DNA of 63,340 nt, filler included, from Aduncisulcus paluster (Eukaryota), in assembly GCA_024181965.1 (NCBI GenBank). It is 6 parts of 6 records of this genome, joined end to end, with 100 filler letters (N's around TTAATTAATTAA, not from the genome) between each part and the next. Parts side by side here need not be neighbours in the genome. Positions count along the whole stretch, not along the records: positions 1 to 9,070 come from BQXS01012659.1; positions 9,171 to 28,138 come from BQXS01012665.1; 4 more parts are not named here. The stretch is one strand, 5' to 3'. The notes beneath the pieces are model-generated. The model was given only the letters and a program-made list of their open reading frames with translations. It had not been told where the DNA came from and did no database searches. Each line of letters starts with the position of its first letter. Position 1 is the first letter of the stretch. A program made the translations under genes and the position numbers. Below, one piece after another: positions 1 to 12,261 of this stretch.

Positions 1-488
1 CAAGAAAGTTATTGACTGTTTCCTGGGGCGGTGAGGTCGTTGTTTCTTTCATTGTACTCCTCATGCTTGGTCTTGTGAGTATGATGGTGATTGGTTTGTT
101 AATATATCATTCTATTCTCATTTCCATTAATTTCTCAACCTTCGAATCGATTAAAGCGCAGAGTTCTTTCACTTCCTATCGTTCATACGGATCTGAGTCC
201 CCCTTCTCATTAGGATCCGTTCCATTGAACTGGCTTGACTTTATTGGGCGTAGTTCCGAGCATTCTACACTTTTAAAACGACTTGGATTCCCCAAACTCA
301 TCCATTCTTTCATTGCACATTCTTCTCCTTACTCGCATCATTCGGATTCATATGCTTTCCCAATACATTTCCAACCAACTCACATGCCAAAGGAAGGATC
401 ATCCGTTCATTCCTCGGAAAATAAGAAATCTTGGTCAACAAAAGTCAAGAAATTATTCGATAACGAATATTATTCTTGCTGCTGTTGA
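1..488 (+). CDS. DHHC-type protein S-acyltransferase, C-terminal part (5' truncated by window)
   Basis: TM helix then YHSILISINFSTFE (TTxE-like motif) and SPFSLG..NWLDFIG (PaCCT-like); ends in CCC. The DHHC motif itself lies outside the window. Confidence 0.65.
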   Translation, partial: RKLLTVSWGGEVVVSFIVLLMLGLVSMMVIGLLIYHSILISINFSTFESIKAQSSFTSYRSYGSESPFSLGSVPLNWLDFIGRSSEHSTLLKRLGFPKLIHSFIAHSSPYSHHSDSYAFPIHFQPTHMPKEGSSVHSSENKKSWSTKVKKLFDNEYYSCCC

Positions 489-650
489 AATTTGTCTGGA
501 TTCCAGGCTCAAATCTATATAAAAAAACAACGACCTTTGTACTCACAAACATTTCTTCTTTATCATATGATCATAATTTCCTCTGTTTTAGTCGAATTCT
601 GACCATCTAATTCATTTACCCAGAGCCAAATCTTCAAAGAAATAGATCTA

Positions 651-680
651 ATAGTATAGTATAGTATAGTATAGTATAGT
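651..680. repeat. (ATAGT)6 microsatellite
   Basis: Six perfect ATAGT units read directly. Confidence 0.9.
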
Positions 681-1417
681 ATTATGTGAGAATAATGAAA
701 GCAGTCATCCTGTTTGAAATCCCCTTGAATAATAGAAACAGAATAGACAACTAAAATACTCACTTTTATTATATTATTATACCAATAGGTTTAGGAGGAA
801 GAAATATGAAAATCATCAAAACGGTTATTTCCTTGAAATGAAGAATTTTCGCATGATTTTGTTTAATGAATACAACAAAACCAAAGAGTTATATTATCAA
901 ATTGAAATCAAGAGAAAACATTTAGGAATTGTATTTTAGGACTTATCTGCCACTCACTTAGTTTGTAAATGAGTGATAATTTTTGAACAAATAAACCCTC
1001 AATGTAAGCACTAATCCAGAGATCAAGAAATGACCAAATTCAAAAATCATGATTTTCATTAAAAATCAACGCCAAAACACATTAATTTAACAAAGAAAAA
1101 GACAAAATGAACATAATTATCGCATTTGCCAAATAAAAATAATGACAATGAAAAAAGCTTGGAAAAACAAGAGTAAACAAAATAAATTTGAAAAAAAATA
1201 AAGTGTAAATTTGATCCAAAAATGACATAAACGACAAACAACAACATTAAATCAACCAACAGAGTATATATACGAAGAAAGACCAAATGAATGGAAGAGA
1301 ATTTGAAGAAAAAAAAAAATGATAATGCAGAGAAAAACAAACAAAAAAATACATTCATTTGGTCCAGTTTAAGATATAATAAAGAGCCAGAAAGAAAGAA
1401 AAATAATTAAGAATTTG

Positions 1418-1930
1418 AAGTGAAACCATTGTGTGTCATATATTACTATTCCAGTTTCTCTTTATCTTCGTTTTGCTCGGATGACGTTTGATGTTGTGTT
1501 GTCAATGATGCCAATAGTTCGTATCTTTTCCTAATCTTATCACGTTCATGTTCCAGTTGTCGCATTGCCTCCATGTGCTGATGGAGCCTTGTGGAGCCTT
1601 GTCGAGGATGCTGTGAGAGGGATGCAGAAGCAAAGGATGAAGAAGCCATCATATACTCCATCGANNNNNNNNNNNNNNNNNNNNAGTGAAACCATTGTGT
1701 GTCATATATTACTATTCCAGTTTCTCTTTATCTTCGTTTTGCTCGGATGACGTTTGATGTTGTGTTGTCAATGATGCCAATAGTTCGTATCTTTTCCTAA
1801 TCTTATCACGTTCATGTTCCAGTTGTCGCATTGCCTCCATGTGCTGATGGAGCCTTGTGGAGCCTTGTCGAGGATGCTGTGAGAGGGATGCAGAAGCAAA
1901 GGATGAAGAAGCCATCATATACTCCATCGA
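1418..1930. other. Assembly duplication of the kinesin 3' end around N gap 1664-1684
   Basis: 1418-1663 repeats 1685-1930; ORF 1446..1661 is identical to the kinesin C-terminus. Confidence 0.85.
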
Positions 1931-4900
1931 GGACATAGATCCAGCATCAACAGTACTCGATTTATATGGAGCATCTGTGCTGGAGTGGCCTGATGTTGGT
2001 TTAAGGGTCAACAAGGAAGGTGAAGAGCCCGAGGATGAGGAAGAAGAAGAAGAAGAGGAAGAAGAAGAGGAAGGGGAAGAAGAGGAAGAAGACGAGATTG
2101 ATGGACGTGACAATGCCCCAGAAAGTTGTGCTTTTTCAATGAATAATTCGTGATCATCGAATCGTTTCTCGCCTTTCCTCAACATTTTCAATGCTCTTTT
2201 CCTTCTTCTCTCAAGATCTTCCATAAATTCAAGTTCTTTGGAAGAGTATAGCATTTTTGCGTTGTGATCACCCATCTGCTTTTCCCTTCGTTTGGCTTGT
2301 TCTAACTCATTCTCCATCATTTTCACTACTCCTTCGAGGGCATCACATCGCTGGGAGAGTTTCTTCTTCTCCTTTTGTGTCTCATCATGTGTCCTTGAGA
2401 GACAAGAGAGGGTGTGGGTGGATGATCGCATTGTCTTGGTCAGAGAATTGTGTTTTGTCAGAAGATTTTCAATATCAACCATTAATTCTTCATTCTTGAT
2501 CCTCAATTTCTTCATTTCTCCCTTCATCCGCTCAGCATCCCGCTCAGCATGTCGACGGAGTGAAGCAAGAGTATCTAAACGGTGCAAAACTGACTGGGGA
2601 AGAATGGAAGATGATAAAGAAAGAAGCAAAGAAGGGGAAGGAGGAGCTCTGTGGGCAGGGGCATCGAGATCCCAGAGTTTTGGGGGTGATTTAGAATGCA
2701 ATAATATCTCAGATCTTCCAAGAGAAGCTGAAATATCAATTGAAATACTATTCTCACACGCTGTTGTATACTTATCCATGTTCTCAAACCGACTGGAGCA
2801 TGAAGAAGGAGAGTATGATAGTAAGAGAGTTATACAAGACAAAATGTCGCGTTCAACACTGGTAGAAGACCCCGATGACGAAGTTGAAGAAGAGGACATG
2901 CCATGGAGGTACGGACTGGAAGTTGTACTCTTTGAGGAAGAGGCTGTACTGCTCGATATTCCCACTTTGGACTGCCTATGCATCATATACATATCTGCAG
3001 GGACAACAAGAGCGGCAGACTTCTGAATAATATCTTGTCCAACTCCTCCACCAACATTCACACCGAAGTACATGGATGAAAACGAAGCAATGCGATGAAT
3101 CAGTGCTTGAGTCTTGCGTTCATTCACAACAGAAAATGCGCTCAGCAACTTCACAAGTTTATCCATAAGACGTTTTCTGCCCCGCCCTTCATCCTGATGG
3201 GATACACACAAGGCATTGAGGGAAGAATTGGCGAGAACTTTTCCATTCTCTCCCAACCTTGAGAAATGAAGAAGAAGAGGGGGGAAGAGAGAGAGTAACG
3301 AGAGATACACAAGCCTGTGAATAAACGGAACAACCAGAACATGCTCGATGGCTTCGAACCAAGATAACGTCTCCCTTGTCTGTGTCACAGGGGAGTCCAT
3401 CTGATGGTCAGTTCCAGATAACGAAGGAGAAGGAGTTGAAGAGGAAGAGGAAGAAGTGAGGGATGAAATACGTGGAGAATGGTGAGAAGATTTATCAGCT
3501 GCAGAAGAAGTTTGAACCGATACATGAGAATGATGAGCATCAGAAGATGAATTATTGATATTTATATCATTGGTAGTGGTACTGTTGAAGGATGAATATC
3601 TCTCAAACTCTCTTCTCTTCATCTCAACTTCCAGAAGAATAGGCTCCCCAATCATCTGTATGAGTTCAATTCGCTGTTTAGGATTGGGAAGGAATCCAGA
3701 GTTGAACAGGAACAAACATAGGAGAAGAGAAGAGCATGAAGCAGCTGTATGGACCAACACAGGATCTTCACAAGACTCTTTCTTGGAGTCGGGAGAAAGC
3801 GTATGAGTACTGTCCTGATCAGGACTAGCCCTACGAATACTTAATCCACCATTCACGAGGGAAGAGGAAACCCCTTTCACGGATGATATCGGAAGTTCTG
3901 AGAGATGGGGAGAAGCATCGGCAACTATGGGAAACTCACGAACTCTCTTCTCTTGTTCTTTCTCAGTTCTCTCATCCAACAAACATTTTTCTTCGACATC
4001 CTTCCACGTTTTCCCCTGCATATTCATCGGGAAAGACGAAGATCCAGTCTTATCAAGACCAGAATCATCAGATGTTTTGTGTTCATCAATGCATAGGGCT
4101 AAGACAATCATTCCAGCACAGTACACTTCGTAAGCATTCTTCCTGAGATATTCACACCAAAGTTGTTCTTGTTGCAGTTCTTTCTCCACATCTGCACGGG
4201 TCCTCCCTTTCCTTTTCTCCAGAATCCCAATGGTTTCCGTCAGAGAATGAACCTCTTCCTTATGGGACTTAATAATATGCTCAAGGTCTGTACAATGCTG
4301 CCGAAGAGCTTCAATCTCCGTCTTCGAGTCTTGTTCGGAGCGACGAATAGACTCAATCTCACGTTGCAAGCGGATAGATTGAGAATTAACGGGAGATTCA
4401 CATGAAGATGAAACCGATGATGTGGACATTCTGCGATCATCCACCCTGTCGTCTATTGAAGCCTTGTCCTTCATGCGAGTGAGACCTTCCATGGCCTCCT
4501 TAGCGGCTGCAATCTCATCCCACACAGCTTGCAGAACATCCTTCTCGTCATCTTCATCAGCAATAACAATATCACTGAGGTTTGAAGTAGCCGTATCTTG
4601 GGATGTGACTAGCAGAGCAGACGTCACTGAGGATGAAGAAGGAGGAGGTTGCATGTCAGGAGCTCTAANNNNNNNNNNNNNNNNNNNNGTGAGACCTTCC
4701 ATGGCCTCCTTAGCGGCTGCAATCTCATCCCACACAGCTTGCAGAACATCCTTCTCGTCATCTTCATCAGCAATAACAATATCACTGAGGTTTGAAGTAG
4801 CCGTATCTTGGGATGTGACTAGCAGAGCAGACGTCACTGAGGATGAAGAAGGAGGAGGTTGCATGTCAGGAGCTCTAATACTTCCCTTTGAATGAGCATC

Positions 4901-7270
4901 CTGATGGTGCAAACCACTATGGTAACTATCCTCCTCATGAGTTGTCTGATAGTCCCCATCCTGTTGACTGCTTTGGATCTCAGGGGTCTCATGGATAACG
5001 GAGGAAGGATTGAGAGGTGAGATAAGAGCATCTGGAGTGCCCAGCATACTATTATCAGATATGATACTGCTGGCCGGCCCTTCTTCTTTCTTAAAGCTAC
5101 TCAAATCAAGCTCAAATTGGTGAGTGGGCTCATCAAGTGTCATCTCACGAGGATGGTTGATAGAGGCTGCGTTATTGAATATCTCAGAAGAAGTTACGGG
5201 ACGATCAGTTCTATTCCTATTCTTGGTGGTTGGGTCAGTTCTTGACTGTTGTTGGCGGGCAAGGGAATCCATTCTCTCACGGGTTGACTGATCACGCATT
5301 GACTGTTCACGACTGAGTTGTTCACGAACAGAGTGCATACGGGGCGAAAGAATGGGAGTATCCTGAATATCTACAGAGGATGTCTTTGAATCATCGTTAT
5401 TGTACTCAGCGCCATGGAGCGATTTATCATAATCTTCCTGCGTGATCACTGTCCTTTCATCATCCATAAGGGTTGACAGGGCAGGCATCTCATCTTGAAG
5501 AGGTGGAGTAAACTCTCTGTGAATATATGGACTGTGTAAGATGGGATGCGATAGGGATGCAGAGGGATACGAGATGGCAATCAAATCACTGTCTTCACCT
5601 TCAGCAGAGGATGGAGGGAATTCACCATATTTACGAAGACGATTCTTCAAACGATCGACTTCACGTTGGAGGGAATTACGCTCCGTTTGCAATTGTTTCC
5701 TCTCTTCCTCAGTGACTTCATATTTCTGCCGCCATTCTTGCTCCTTTCGTTCAGCTTCCTCACGACGCTCCGTTTCAATTCGTAAATCCTCCATCAATTG
5801 CCTGTTTCTTTCTTCCTGACTTGTGTGTTCACTTTGTTTCTGAGATTTCATATCTTCAACAGTCTTGAGAAGTTTCTGATACATGCTTTCAAAGTCAAGT
5901 TCCACGTTCACGACAGGATGCACACTCACACACATAGCTCTACGACCAAATTGGAGTGAAGAAATAGATTGCGCAATATGATTATCGGACGGGTTAAGAT
6001 TGATTATCAGAGTATTTCGACTGTTCCCACCAAGAACATCAGTCAGAAGACGGGTGAGTTTGCTATCCCTCCATGGGATGAATGAGTCAGAGGCAGCAGA
6101 AAGAGATGTCACTGGTGGACCCACAGATTGGGTAGATGCATGAGGGATATCAAGAGAAAAGAAGGGCTCAGCGGAAGGGGTCTTGTCGTCAATTCTTCTC
6201 TCTCTTGTTACGCTACCTTCACCATCGCGAGAGAAAGCTCCTTCTCTCAGCGAATGGTATTCTCTCGAGGAGAGAATCTCACGTGGATTTGACGTGTGTG
6301 GGAGATGTTCTTGATGGGAAAAGGAGAGAGAGTGCGTGTGAGAGATTCGTTTCTCATTCCTTTTCGCAAGAGCTGCAATAACATTTCCTAAGGTACTCAA
6401 CGATCTGTTAATCGACTTTGTTTCCTCAAGTAAAACTCCAGATGGCTGTGTTTTGGCCACTCTTTCACACCCTGCAAGATCAACGAAAACCAACTTTCCA
6501 AATACCCTCTTATTATCACGATTAATGTCTATTCCAACCTCTTTGGCCACTTTTGTTAGCGAAGGATCACGCTTTTGCCGAAATACTTGACGGGGAGCAC
6601 GTGAAATTCGCAATGTGAGAACAGCATGGGAACGAGAAGATTGAATATTCATTTGAGTCTGTGCAACAGCCCGACTACGGGCACCAAGAGCCATTAATGA
6701 AAGCACATCTTCAAGATTCCGACAAATTCTCTGTGTTAATCCTACAACATACACTCCTTTTGCTGGATCTTCCCTAATTGGAAGATTAACAGGTTCCGAT
6801 GGTGGTTGAAGAAGATCTTGGATAGTCTCCATATATATTTGAAGGTAAGATAGATGTACGGTATAATCAAAAAATAGTCTTTGCGCTTCTATTCGAGAGA
6901 ACAACTCTCGGCAACATTGGGGGATAAGACCGTAGCGACCACTCCCTAACTCTGATAATGTATATGTTTTACCAGCTCCTGTCTGTCCATATGCCATTAT
7001 ACACCCATTATAACCCGATAGAACGTCATCAAGCAAAGGGCGACCTATAACACGAAATACATCATCTTGGGTTGCTTTTGCGTCAAGAACATGGTCAAAT
7101 GAATATGTTTGCTTATAATCAGAGGAACTTGCCCGTGAGGTTGAAGAGGATTTGCCATGTTCGCAATGAAATTTTTCATGCTTGCGTAATATTATCGAAT
7201 TTCCTGAAGTTTGAATAGATCTACTCGATCCTGGTGGTCTAATCCTAACAGCCACCAATACGCGTTCCAT
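1712..7270 (-). CDS. N-terminal-motor kinesin with long coiled-coil/low-complexity tail
   Basis: VAVRIRP, P-loop AYGQTGAGKTYT, switch I NIQSSRSH, switch II DLAGCER, IPWRDSKLTRLL. About 70 aa around N gap 4669-4688 is an artefactual duplication. Confidence 0.95.
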   Translation of the reverse strand: MERVLVAVRIRPPGSSRSIQTSGNSIILRKHEKFHCEHGKSSSTSRASSSDYKQTYSFDHVLDAKATQDDVFRVIGRPLLDDVLSGYNGCIMAYGQTGAGKTYTLSELGSGRYGLIPQCCRELFSRIEAQRLFFDYTVHLSYLQIYMETIQDLLQPPSEPVNLPIREDPAKGVYVVGLTQRICRNLEDVLSLMALGARSRAVAQTQMNIQSSRSHAVLTLRISRAPRQVFRQKRDPSLTKVAKEVGIDINRDNKRVFGKLVFVDLAGCERVAKTQPSGVLLEETKSINRSLSTLGNVIAALAKRNEKRISHTHSLSFSHQEHLPHTSNPREILSSREYHSLREGAFSRDGEGSVTRERRIDDKTPSAEPFFSLDIPHASTQSVGPPVTSLSAASDSFIPWRDSKLTRLLTDVLGGNSRNTLIINLNPSDNHIAQSISSLQFGRRAMCVSVHPVVNVELDFESMYQKLLKTVEDMKSQKQSEHTSQEERNRQLMEDLRIETERREEAERKEQEWRQKYEVTEEERKQLQTERNSLQREVDRLKNRLRKYGEFPPSSAEGEDSDLIAISYPSASLSHPILHSPYIHREFTPPLQDEMPALSTLMDDERTVITQEDYDKSLHGAEYNNDDSKTSSVDIQDTPILSPRMHSVREQLSREQSMRDQSTRERMDSLARQQQSRTDPTTKNRNRTDRPVTSSEIFNNAASINHPREMTLDEPTHQFELDLSSFKKEEGPASSIISDNSMLGTPDALISPLNPSSVIHETPEIQSSQQDGDYQTTHEEDSYHSGLHHQDAHSKGSIRAPDMQPPPSSSSVTSALLVTSQDTATSNLSDIVIADEDDEKDVLQAVWDEIAAAKEAMEGLXXXXXXXXRAPDMQPPPSSSSVTSALLVTSQDTATSNLSDIVIADEDDEKDVLQAVWDEIAAAKEAMEGLTRMKDKASIDDRVDDRRMSTSSVSSSCESPVNSQSIRLQREIESIRRSEQDSKTEIEALRQHCTDLEHIIKSHKEEVHSLTETIGILEKRKGRTRADVEKELQQEQLWCEYLRKNAYEVYCAGMIVLALCIDEHKTSDDSGLDKTGSSSFPMNMQGKTWKDVEEKCLLDERTEKEQEKRVREFPIVADASPHLSELPISSVKGVSSSLVNGGLSIRRASPDQDSTHTLSPDSKKESCEDPVLVHTAASCSSLLLCLFLFNSGFLPNPKQRIELIQMIGEPILLEVEMKRREFERYSSFNSTTTNDININNSSSDAHHSHVSVQTSSAADKSSHHSPRISSLTSSSSSSTPSPSLSGTDHQMDSPVTQTRETLSWFEAIEHVLVVPFIHRLVYLSLLSLFPPLLLHFSRLGENGKVLANSSLNALCVSHQDEGRGRKRLMDKLVKLLSAFSVVNERKTQALIHRIASFSSMYFGVNVGGGVGQDIIQKSAALVVPADMYMMHRQSKVGISSSTASSSKSTTSSPYLHGMSSSSTSSSGSSTSVERDILSCITLLLSYSPSSCSSRFENMDKYTTACENSISIDISASLGRSEILLHSKSPPKLWDLDAPAHRAPPSPSLLLSLSSSILPQSVLHRLDTLASLRRHAERDAERMKGEMKKLRIKNEELMVDIENLLTKHNSLTKTMRSSTHTLSCLSRTHDETQKEKKKLSQRCDALEGVVKMMENELEQAKRREKQMGDHNAKMLYSSKELEFMEDLERRRKRALKMLRKGEKRFDDHELFIEKAQLSGALSRPSISSSSSSSPSSSSSSSSSSSSSSGSSPSLLTLKPTSGHSSTDAPYKSSTVDAGSMSSMEYMMASSSFASASLSQHPRQGSTRLHQHMEAMRQLEHERDKIRKRYELLASLTTQHQTSSEQNEDKEKLE

Positions 7271-7574
7271 AATGTTCGAAATCGAAGGAAAAATTGCACT
7301 TTCAATCAGGGATTTTCAGGATTTATTATTTATCATTGTTTGGGCAATAAATATGTTTTATTTGGACCATTTTTAAATAAATTTTAAACTAATATTAAAT
7401 AAAATATAGTATTCTAAGCGATAGAGCAAAAAAGTATTTCCAAAGTGATAGTGCAAATATACAGAGAGAATAAGTATGCAAATTAACTTAGCATAAACAA
7501 TAAAGTGAAATTTAGTCAAAATACAATTGATAGTGAAATGCATTAAAAGCGTGGCGATAACAATCTGATTTTGG

Positions 7575-9070
7575 ATGGATCCTATGGAGATATGGGATCC
7601 CACCCGGGATCCCTTTGAAAATATTTGTATTATGTGTGGTGCTTATAACCTTTTAGCAAGTGTATGCCGATCTGAACTTGAGCAAGATGAATCTACTCAT
7701 TTCATAGAAGAAGTGAAATGTATTCTTCTTTCACAAGGTCAGGTAAAGAAATTAATTAGATATTTTTCAGAATTTTTTAAATCACTTCCTCTCCCCCCTC
7801 ATTACAAAGAAAAGTGTTTTATCACCTTTGTGTCGATGCTTCTTCGGTCGTATTCTCGTGTTTGGGAGGTCAGTGCTCATGATAATATATGTTTGGGTTT
7901 ATACTCTGCATTTACAGTTTTGTCTGAGGTTTTACTATCTGCAAGACGATATAAGGGAAGCCTACCTGGCTTTTTTTCAAGTCTTTATTCTTTATGCATT
8001 GAAATATCATCATTTATAATTCCTATTAAAGTTTCCGGTCTTTCTTCATCCGAAAAAGAATCCGATCGTCTTCACATTGCTGACAATCATACTCTTTATC
8101 GTTTATTAAAATATACAATTGAGGTTTGTTCTTCCATTCCACTTCCATTATTGGTGTTTCCATTTGATCTCATAACTTTAGCAGATGTTAATGAGGAGGC
8201 TAAATTGATAGTTTCATCAATCGGATCGTTAGACCGTATTCGTGAGGTATATCTAAGAGATCCCAAGGTACCAAGTGAATTTAAACAGGTAGTTCTCGAT
8301 AAGATGTCATCTTCGCTCCCTCCAAAACCTTCTTCCTCCTCCTCCTCCTCCTCAACTCCACCTGGTCCCAGAGTTAACGTTAATACTATAAACAATATTT
8401 CTTCAACTTCATCATCAACCAAATATAATATACGATCTTTTCCCCCCATTAAATCAAACAAATTTTTCCTCTCAGACTCTCTCTACAAATCTCTTCATAC
8501 GGTCGAAATATCTGTAAAAAGCCGAATACTACGCAGCATTGTCAGCAATAACCCCATATCAGCCGCCAAATTGGCCCATCCTGCCGTTCCATATACTTCT
8601 GCAAGAATCTCTTCCGTCTCAAGTGTCTCAGAAGATTCCTCTGATAAGGAGACACCCGTTGTCGCAATGGGATCACTTATGTCTGCATCAAAGACACAGA
8701 AACAGCAGTCATTAAGACCAGACCACCCTCCAAAACAGTTGGATATCGCTGCTGCCGTCGCTGCCGCCACTGCCGCTGCTTCGGCCGCCAAGAATCTTGG
8801 ATTGGGTAATAAGGTTGTAAAAAGAAAGCGTGGTCGGCCCAAGGGAAGATTATCCGCTGAAGAGAAGCAGAAACAAAAAGAGCAAATGGCAGAAATGAAG
8901 AAACGGGAAGAAAAACGGATAGAAGCCGAAGCCAAATTGCGAAAAGAGGAAGAAGAAGAACGGAAGAAACTGAATGCCAAACTTGAAGCCAGACGACAAC
9001 AAGCTCTCAAAGAATTACAGAAGCCTATATTTGATGTCTCATCAGACCGTCGATCCCTTCGTTCTTTTCC
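7575..9070 (+). CDS. Uncharacterised nuclear protein with AT-hook and charged coiled coil (3' truncated at scaffold end)
   Basis: Long ORF; KRKRGRPKG AT-hook core; E/K/R-rich helix; head-to-head with the kinesin gene. Confidence 0.7.
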
Positions 9071-9170
9071 NNNNNNNNNNNNNNNNNNNNNNNNNNNNNN
9101 NNNNNNNNNNNNNNTTAATTAATTAANNNNNNNNNNNNNNNNNNNNNNNNNNNNNNNNNNNNNNNNNNNN
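9071..9170. other. Artificial scaffold-join spacer
   Basis: 100 nt of N with a central TTAATTAATTAA (stops in all six frames). Confidence 0.97.
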
Positions 9171-11946
9171 TGTTGAAATAGATTGGACGGAGGTTTTGCG
9201 ATGACATCTGCAAACAATCAATCATTCGAATACACTCAGTGGGAGTGGATGACAATGAATGGAAATCTTCTTTCGAGAGCCACTGTTTGTCCACTCGTGC
9301 AGTCATTTTGTCAAGACCAATGAATGACAGCACACCACACCTGTTGTTTTCAAGCCATTTCACACACTTCAGAGCATTGTCCTGAGTGTTTGTTATCACA
9401 GTGTCAAGAATGGCTCCTCGAAACAGAGCTCCAAAGGCTCCAACTTTTGCCTTGGGAACACTAAAACAATCACGCACACGACCAATGATTCCTTTAACCT
9501 TGCCTGCTCGAAAGGCACACAAAAGGGCTTCATAGGGAGTCCTCGCTTTATCACCAGAGCCGGCAGTACTAACACCATGACCGGTTACAGCCGAAGAAGA
9601 AGAACCGGATCTTGCCGGATTCTTCGAGGAATCAGAAGCTCCAGAAGCTCCAGAAGCTCCAGAAGCTCCAGAAGCTCTAGAAGCTCCAGAAGTTCCAGAT
9701 ACAAGAGAATCAATGTCCACACCATAGTCCTCAATAAGACGATCCTCCAGATCTTGTTTAGTAACAGACAATTTCTCAACTTGCTCAGAAATAGATTTCA
9801 TGACGGTAGAAATGGATTTAATCTCGTTAAATGTCTTTTTCTTATCATTTCTGTATTTTAGCAGCTTCAACTCTTCAGATTTGAGCTGTACCGTGCACTT
9901 TTCATGGATCTCCTCTGTATCTTTAAGAGACTTGGACAAAGCACTAAGCTTGTCCTCTTTTGCTATGAGATCGTCCTGACGTTTCTTAGCCTTGAGACGC
10001 TCCTCCTCTCTCTCTTTGCGCTGCTCTTCTCGCTTCTCCTGAATGACATCAATGGAACTGTATAAACCACGCAGTTTATCGTTGATGGCCATCAGAGATT
10101 TCTCAACGGTAGAAAGTTTATCTTTATCGCCTTTGACAGCAGCTCCAAATTCAGAAGCGAGCACTTCGAAGTTCTTCTGCTCGCGGTTCAGAAAGCCCTC
10201 TAATTCTTTTATCTGTTTCTCCAACTCCTCCATTTCTTTCTTTTTTGAGCCAAGTTTAACCGATATTTTCGATATTTCACCAGAGAGTGCATCTTTTTCC
10301 TCTCTATATGAGTCTGTGCTTTTCTTCACTTGAGAGACATCATCACGCGCTGCTTTGTACGCTCTCTCGGCAACTTTTAGCTGTTTTGTAAGCTCTTTGA
10401 TCTGTTTAAGGAGAGATTGCTCTTGAGCTTCCTCCTTTTCTCTTCTCTCCACCATCAATGATAACAACTTATTGCAATTCTCTTTCTTGGTTTGCAGTGT
10501 CTTGCCTTCCTCTTTCAGAAGTTTGATGTCATTGCAAGTCGAGGATAAATGCTCTCGAGCATCGATGGCTCGGGCTTCCTCATACAAGGCTTTTCCTTGG
10601 TAGTACCTAGCATTGGCAGTGAAATAGAGTTCAGCCTGACGACGCACACCTTCCAACTTGTCACGAATCTCGCTTAACATCTTATATTGGTCCAAAACAC
10701 TTTTATAACGTTCACTCTTGGCCTCATATTCGGCTTCAAGCTCTTTCACCAGAGGGACATATCGAGAAGTCCCGATAACGTCCTCGATATATTCCAAAAG
10801 ACCGGTCTTTCCTTTGTCATCACCAATCGCTGGCATTTGAGAAACTTGCTCGACTTGACCTTGCAGGATAAGGAATCTATTGTGTTCTAGATCAACGCCA
10901 TATTCCTTCAGACGGGCAACTACATCCTTTTGAGAACATTTCTTGCCATCAATAAAATATTTGGACGTGGAATTCTTATATACTGTGCGTTTTATAGAGA
11001 ATTTTGATTCGGGAATGATATCATGATCATCTTTCCCTTTATCTTTAATTCGAAGGAAGAATACTTCAACAGATGCTTCTTTACAATCTTTATAAATGTC
11101 ACTAACATGTATTAATTCCTTTAATTTCTTTAATCGTAGATGTTTTGTGGGGAAAGAGAAAACAAATAAAATAGCATCAATTACATTACTTTTTCCACTT
11201 CCATTGGGACCTACAATCGCACTAAATCGCTAAAATAGATTGTTGTATCGCATGAAACATATAGAAAAGTGATAATGGAAAAGAAGAGGGAATTATGGGA
11301 AGATAATAAGATAATAAATGCATAAAATTTAATGGTCAGTGATTCATATGAAAAGTTCAAACAATAAAGTATCTTGCATATCAAGATTAGCAAAGATATG
11401 GAACATACCTTGTGGAACGGCCCTAGAGTGTGCAATCCCGCATAGGATTTAAAATTCCGCATTTCTATGCGGTCAATAATTCATCTTTCCCTTTATCTTT
11501 AATTCGAAGGAAGAATACTTCAACAGATGCTTCTTTACAATCTTTATAAATGTCACTAACATGTATTAATTCCTTTAATTTCTTTAATCGTAGATGTTTT
11601 GTGGGGAAAGAGAAAACAAATAAAATAGCATCAATTACATTACTTTTTCCACTTCCATTGGGACCTACAATCGCACTAAATCGCTAAAATAGATTGTTGT
11701 ATCGCATGAAACATATAGAAAAGTGATAATGGAAAAGAAGAGGGAATTATGGGAAGATAATAAGATAATAAATGCATAAAATTTAATGGTCAGTGATTCA
11801 TATGAAAAGTTCAAACAATAAAGTATCTTGCATATCAAGATTAGCAAAGATATGGAACATACCTTGTGGAACGGCCCTAGAGTGTGCAATCCCGCATAGG
11901 ATTTAAAATTCCGCATTTCTATGCGGTCAATAATTAATCTTTCCAT
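9171..11946 (-). CDS. SMC4: Condensin subunit SMC4, N-terminal half (head, coiled coil, start of hinge); truncated at scaffold end
   Basis: Exon 1 11863-11946 MERLIIDRIEMRNFKSYAG..GPFHK; intron 11684-11862 (GTATGT..TTTTAG); then RFSAIVGPNGSGKSNVIDA (Walker A), GVDLEHNRFLILQGQVEQ, GLLEYIEDVIGT, hinge GIIGRV. Disturbed by a 454-bp tandem duplication. Confidence 0.93.
9634..9698 (-). repeat. 9-nt tandem repeat encoding (GAS)n in SMC4 before the hinge
   Basis: agaagctcc units on + strand; protein GTSGASRASGASGASGASGAS. Confidence 0.85.
11027..11934. repeat. 454-bp tandem duplication of the SMC4 5' region
   Basis: 11027-11480 matches 11481-11934 with no differences noticed, including the intron. 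Confidence 0.9.
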
Positions 11947-12261
11947 TTATATCATATATTTGTGGCGAAAATGGAGTTTTCCAATTGTTGTCAGTCGAAC
12001 CGAAATCGAAAATGTCAACCGCAATGTATTTGAAACACAAAATAAATCTTCACCTCATTTTCTGTATTAATTGTTCATTGTTTTACAATAATAACAATGT
12101 GAATTTTCATTCAAATCGTTACAATCAAAGATAAGGATACGATTTACTTTTCGTTCAGTTAACTTGAGTTCAACTCAACAAAGGGCCATTCAATAAATAA
12201 ATAAATATTTATATATATAACTTACACATATAATATAAATTACACACATATATTTACAATC

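Noticed and set aside
1059..1358. Hydrophobic 99-aa ORF
   Set aside because: Phe/Leu-rich translation of an A-rich intergenic tract; no family features.
1857..3026. Antisense ORFs over the kinesin, and similar shadows elsewhere in the track
   Set aside because: Shadows of Ser-rich or charged coding sequence with no independent motifs.
4479..4878. Internal 70-aa repeat in the kinesin
   Set aside because: Identical copies flank a 20-N gap; scaffolding overlap artefact.
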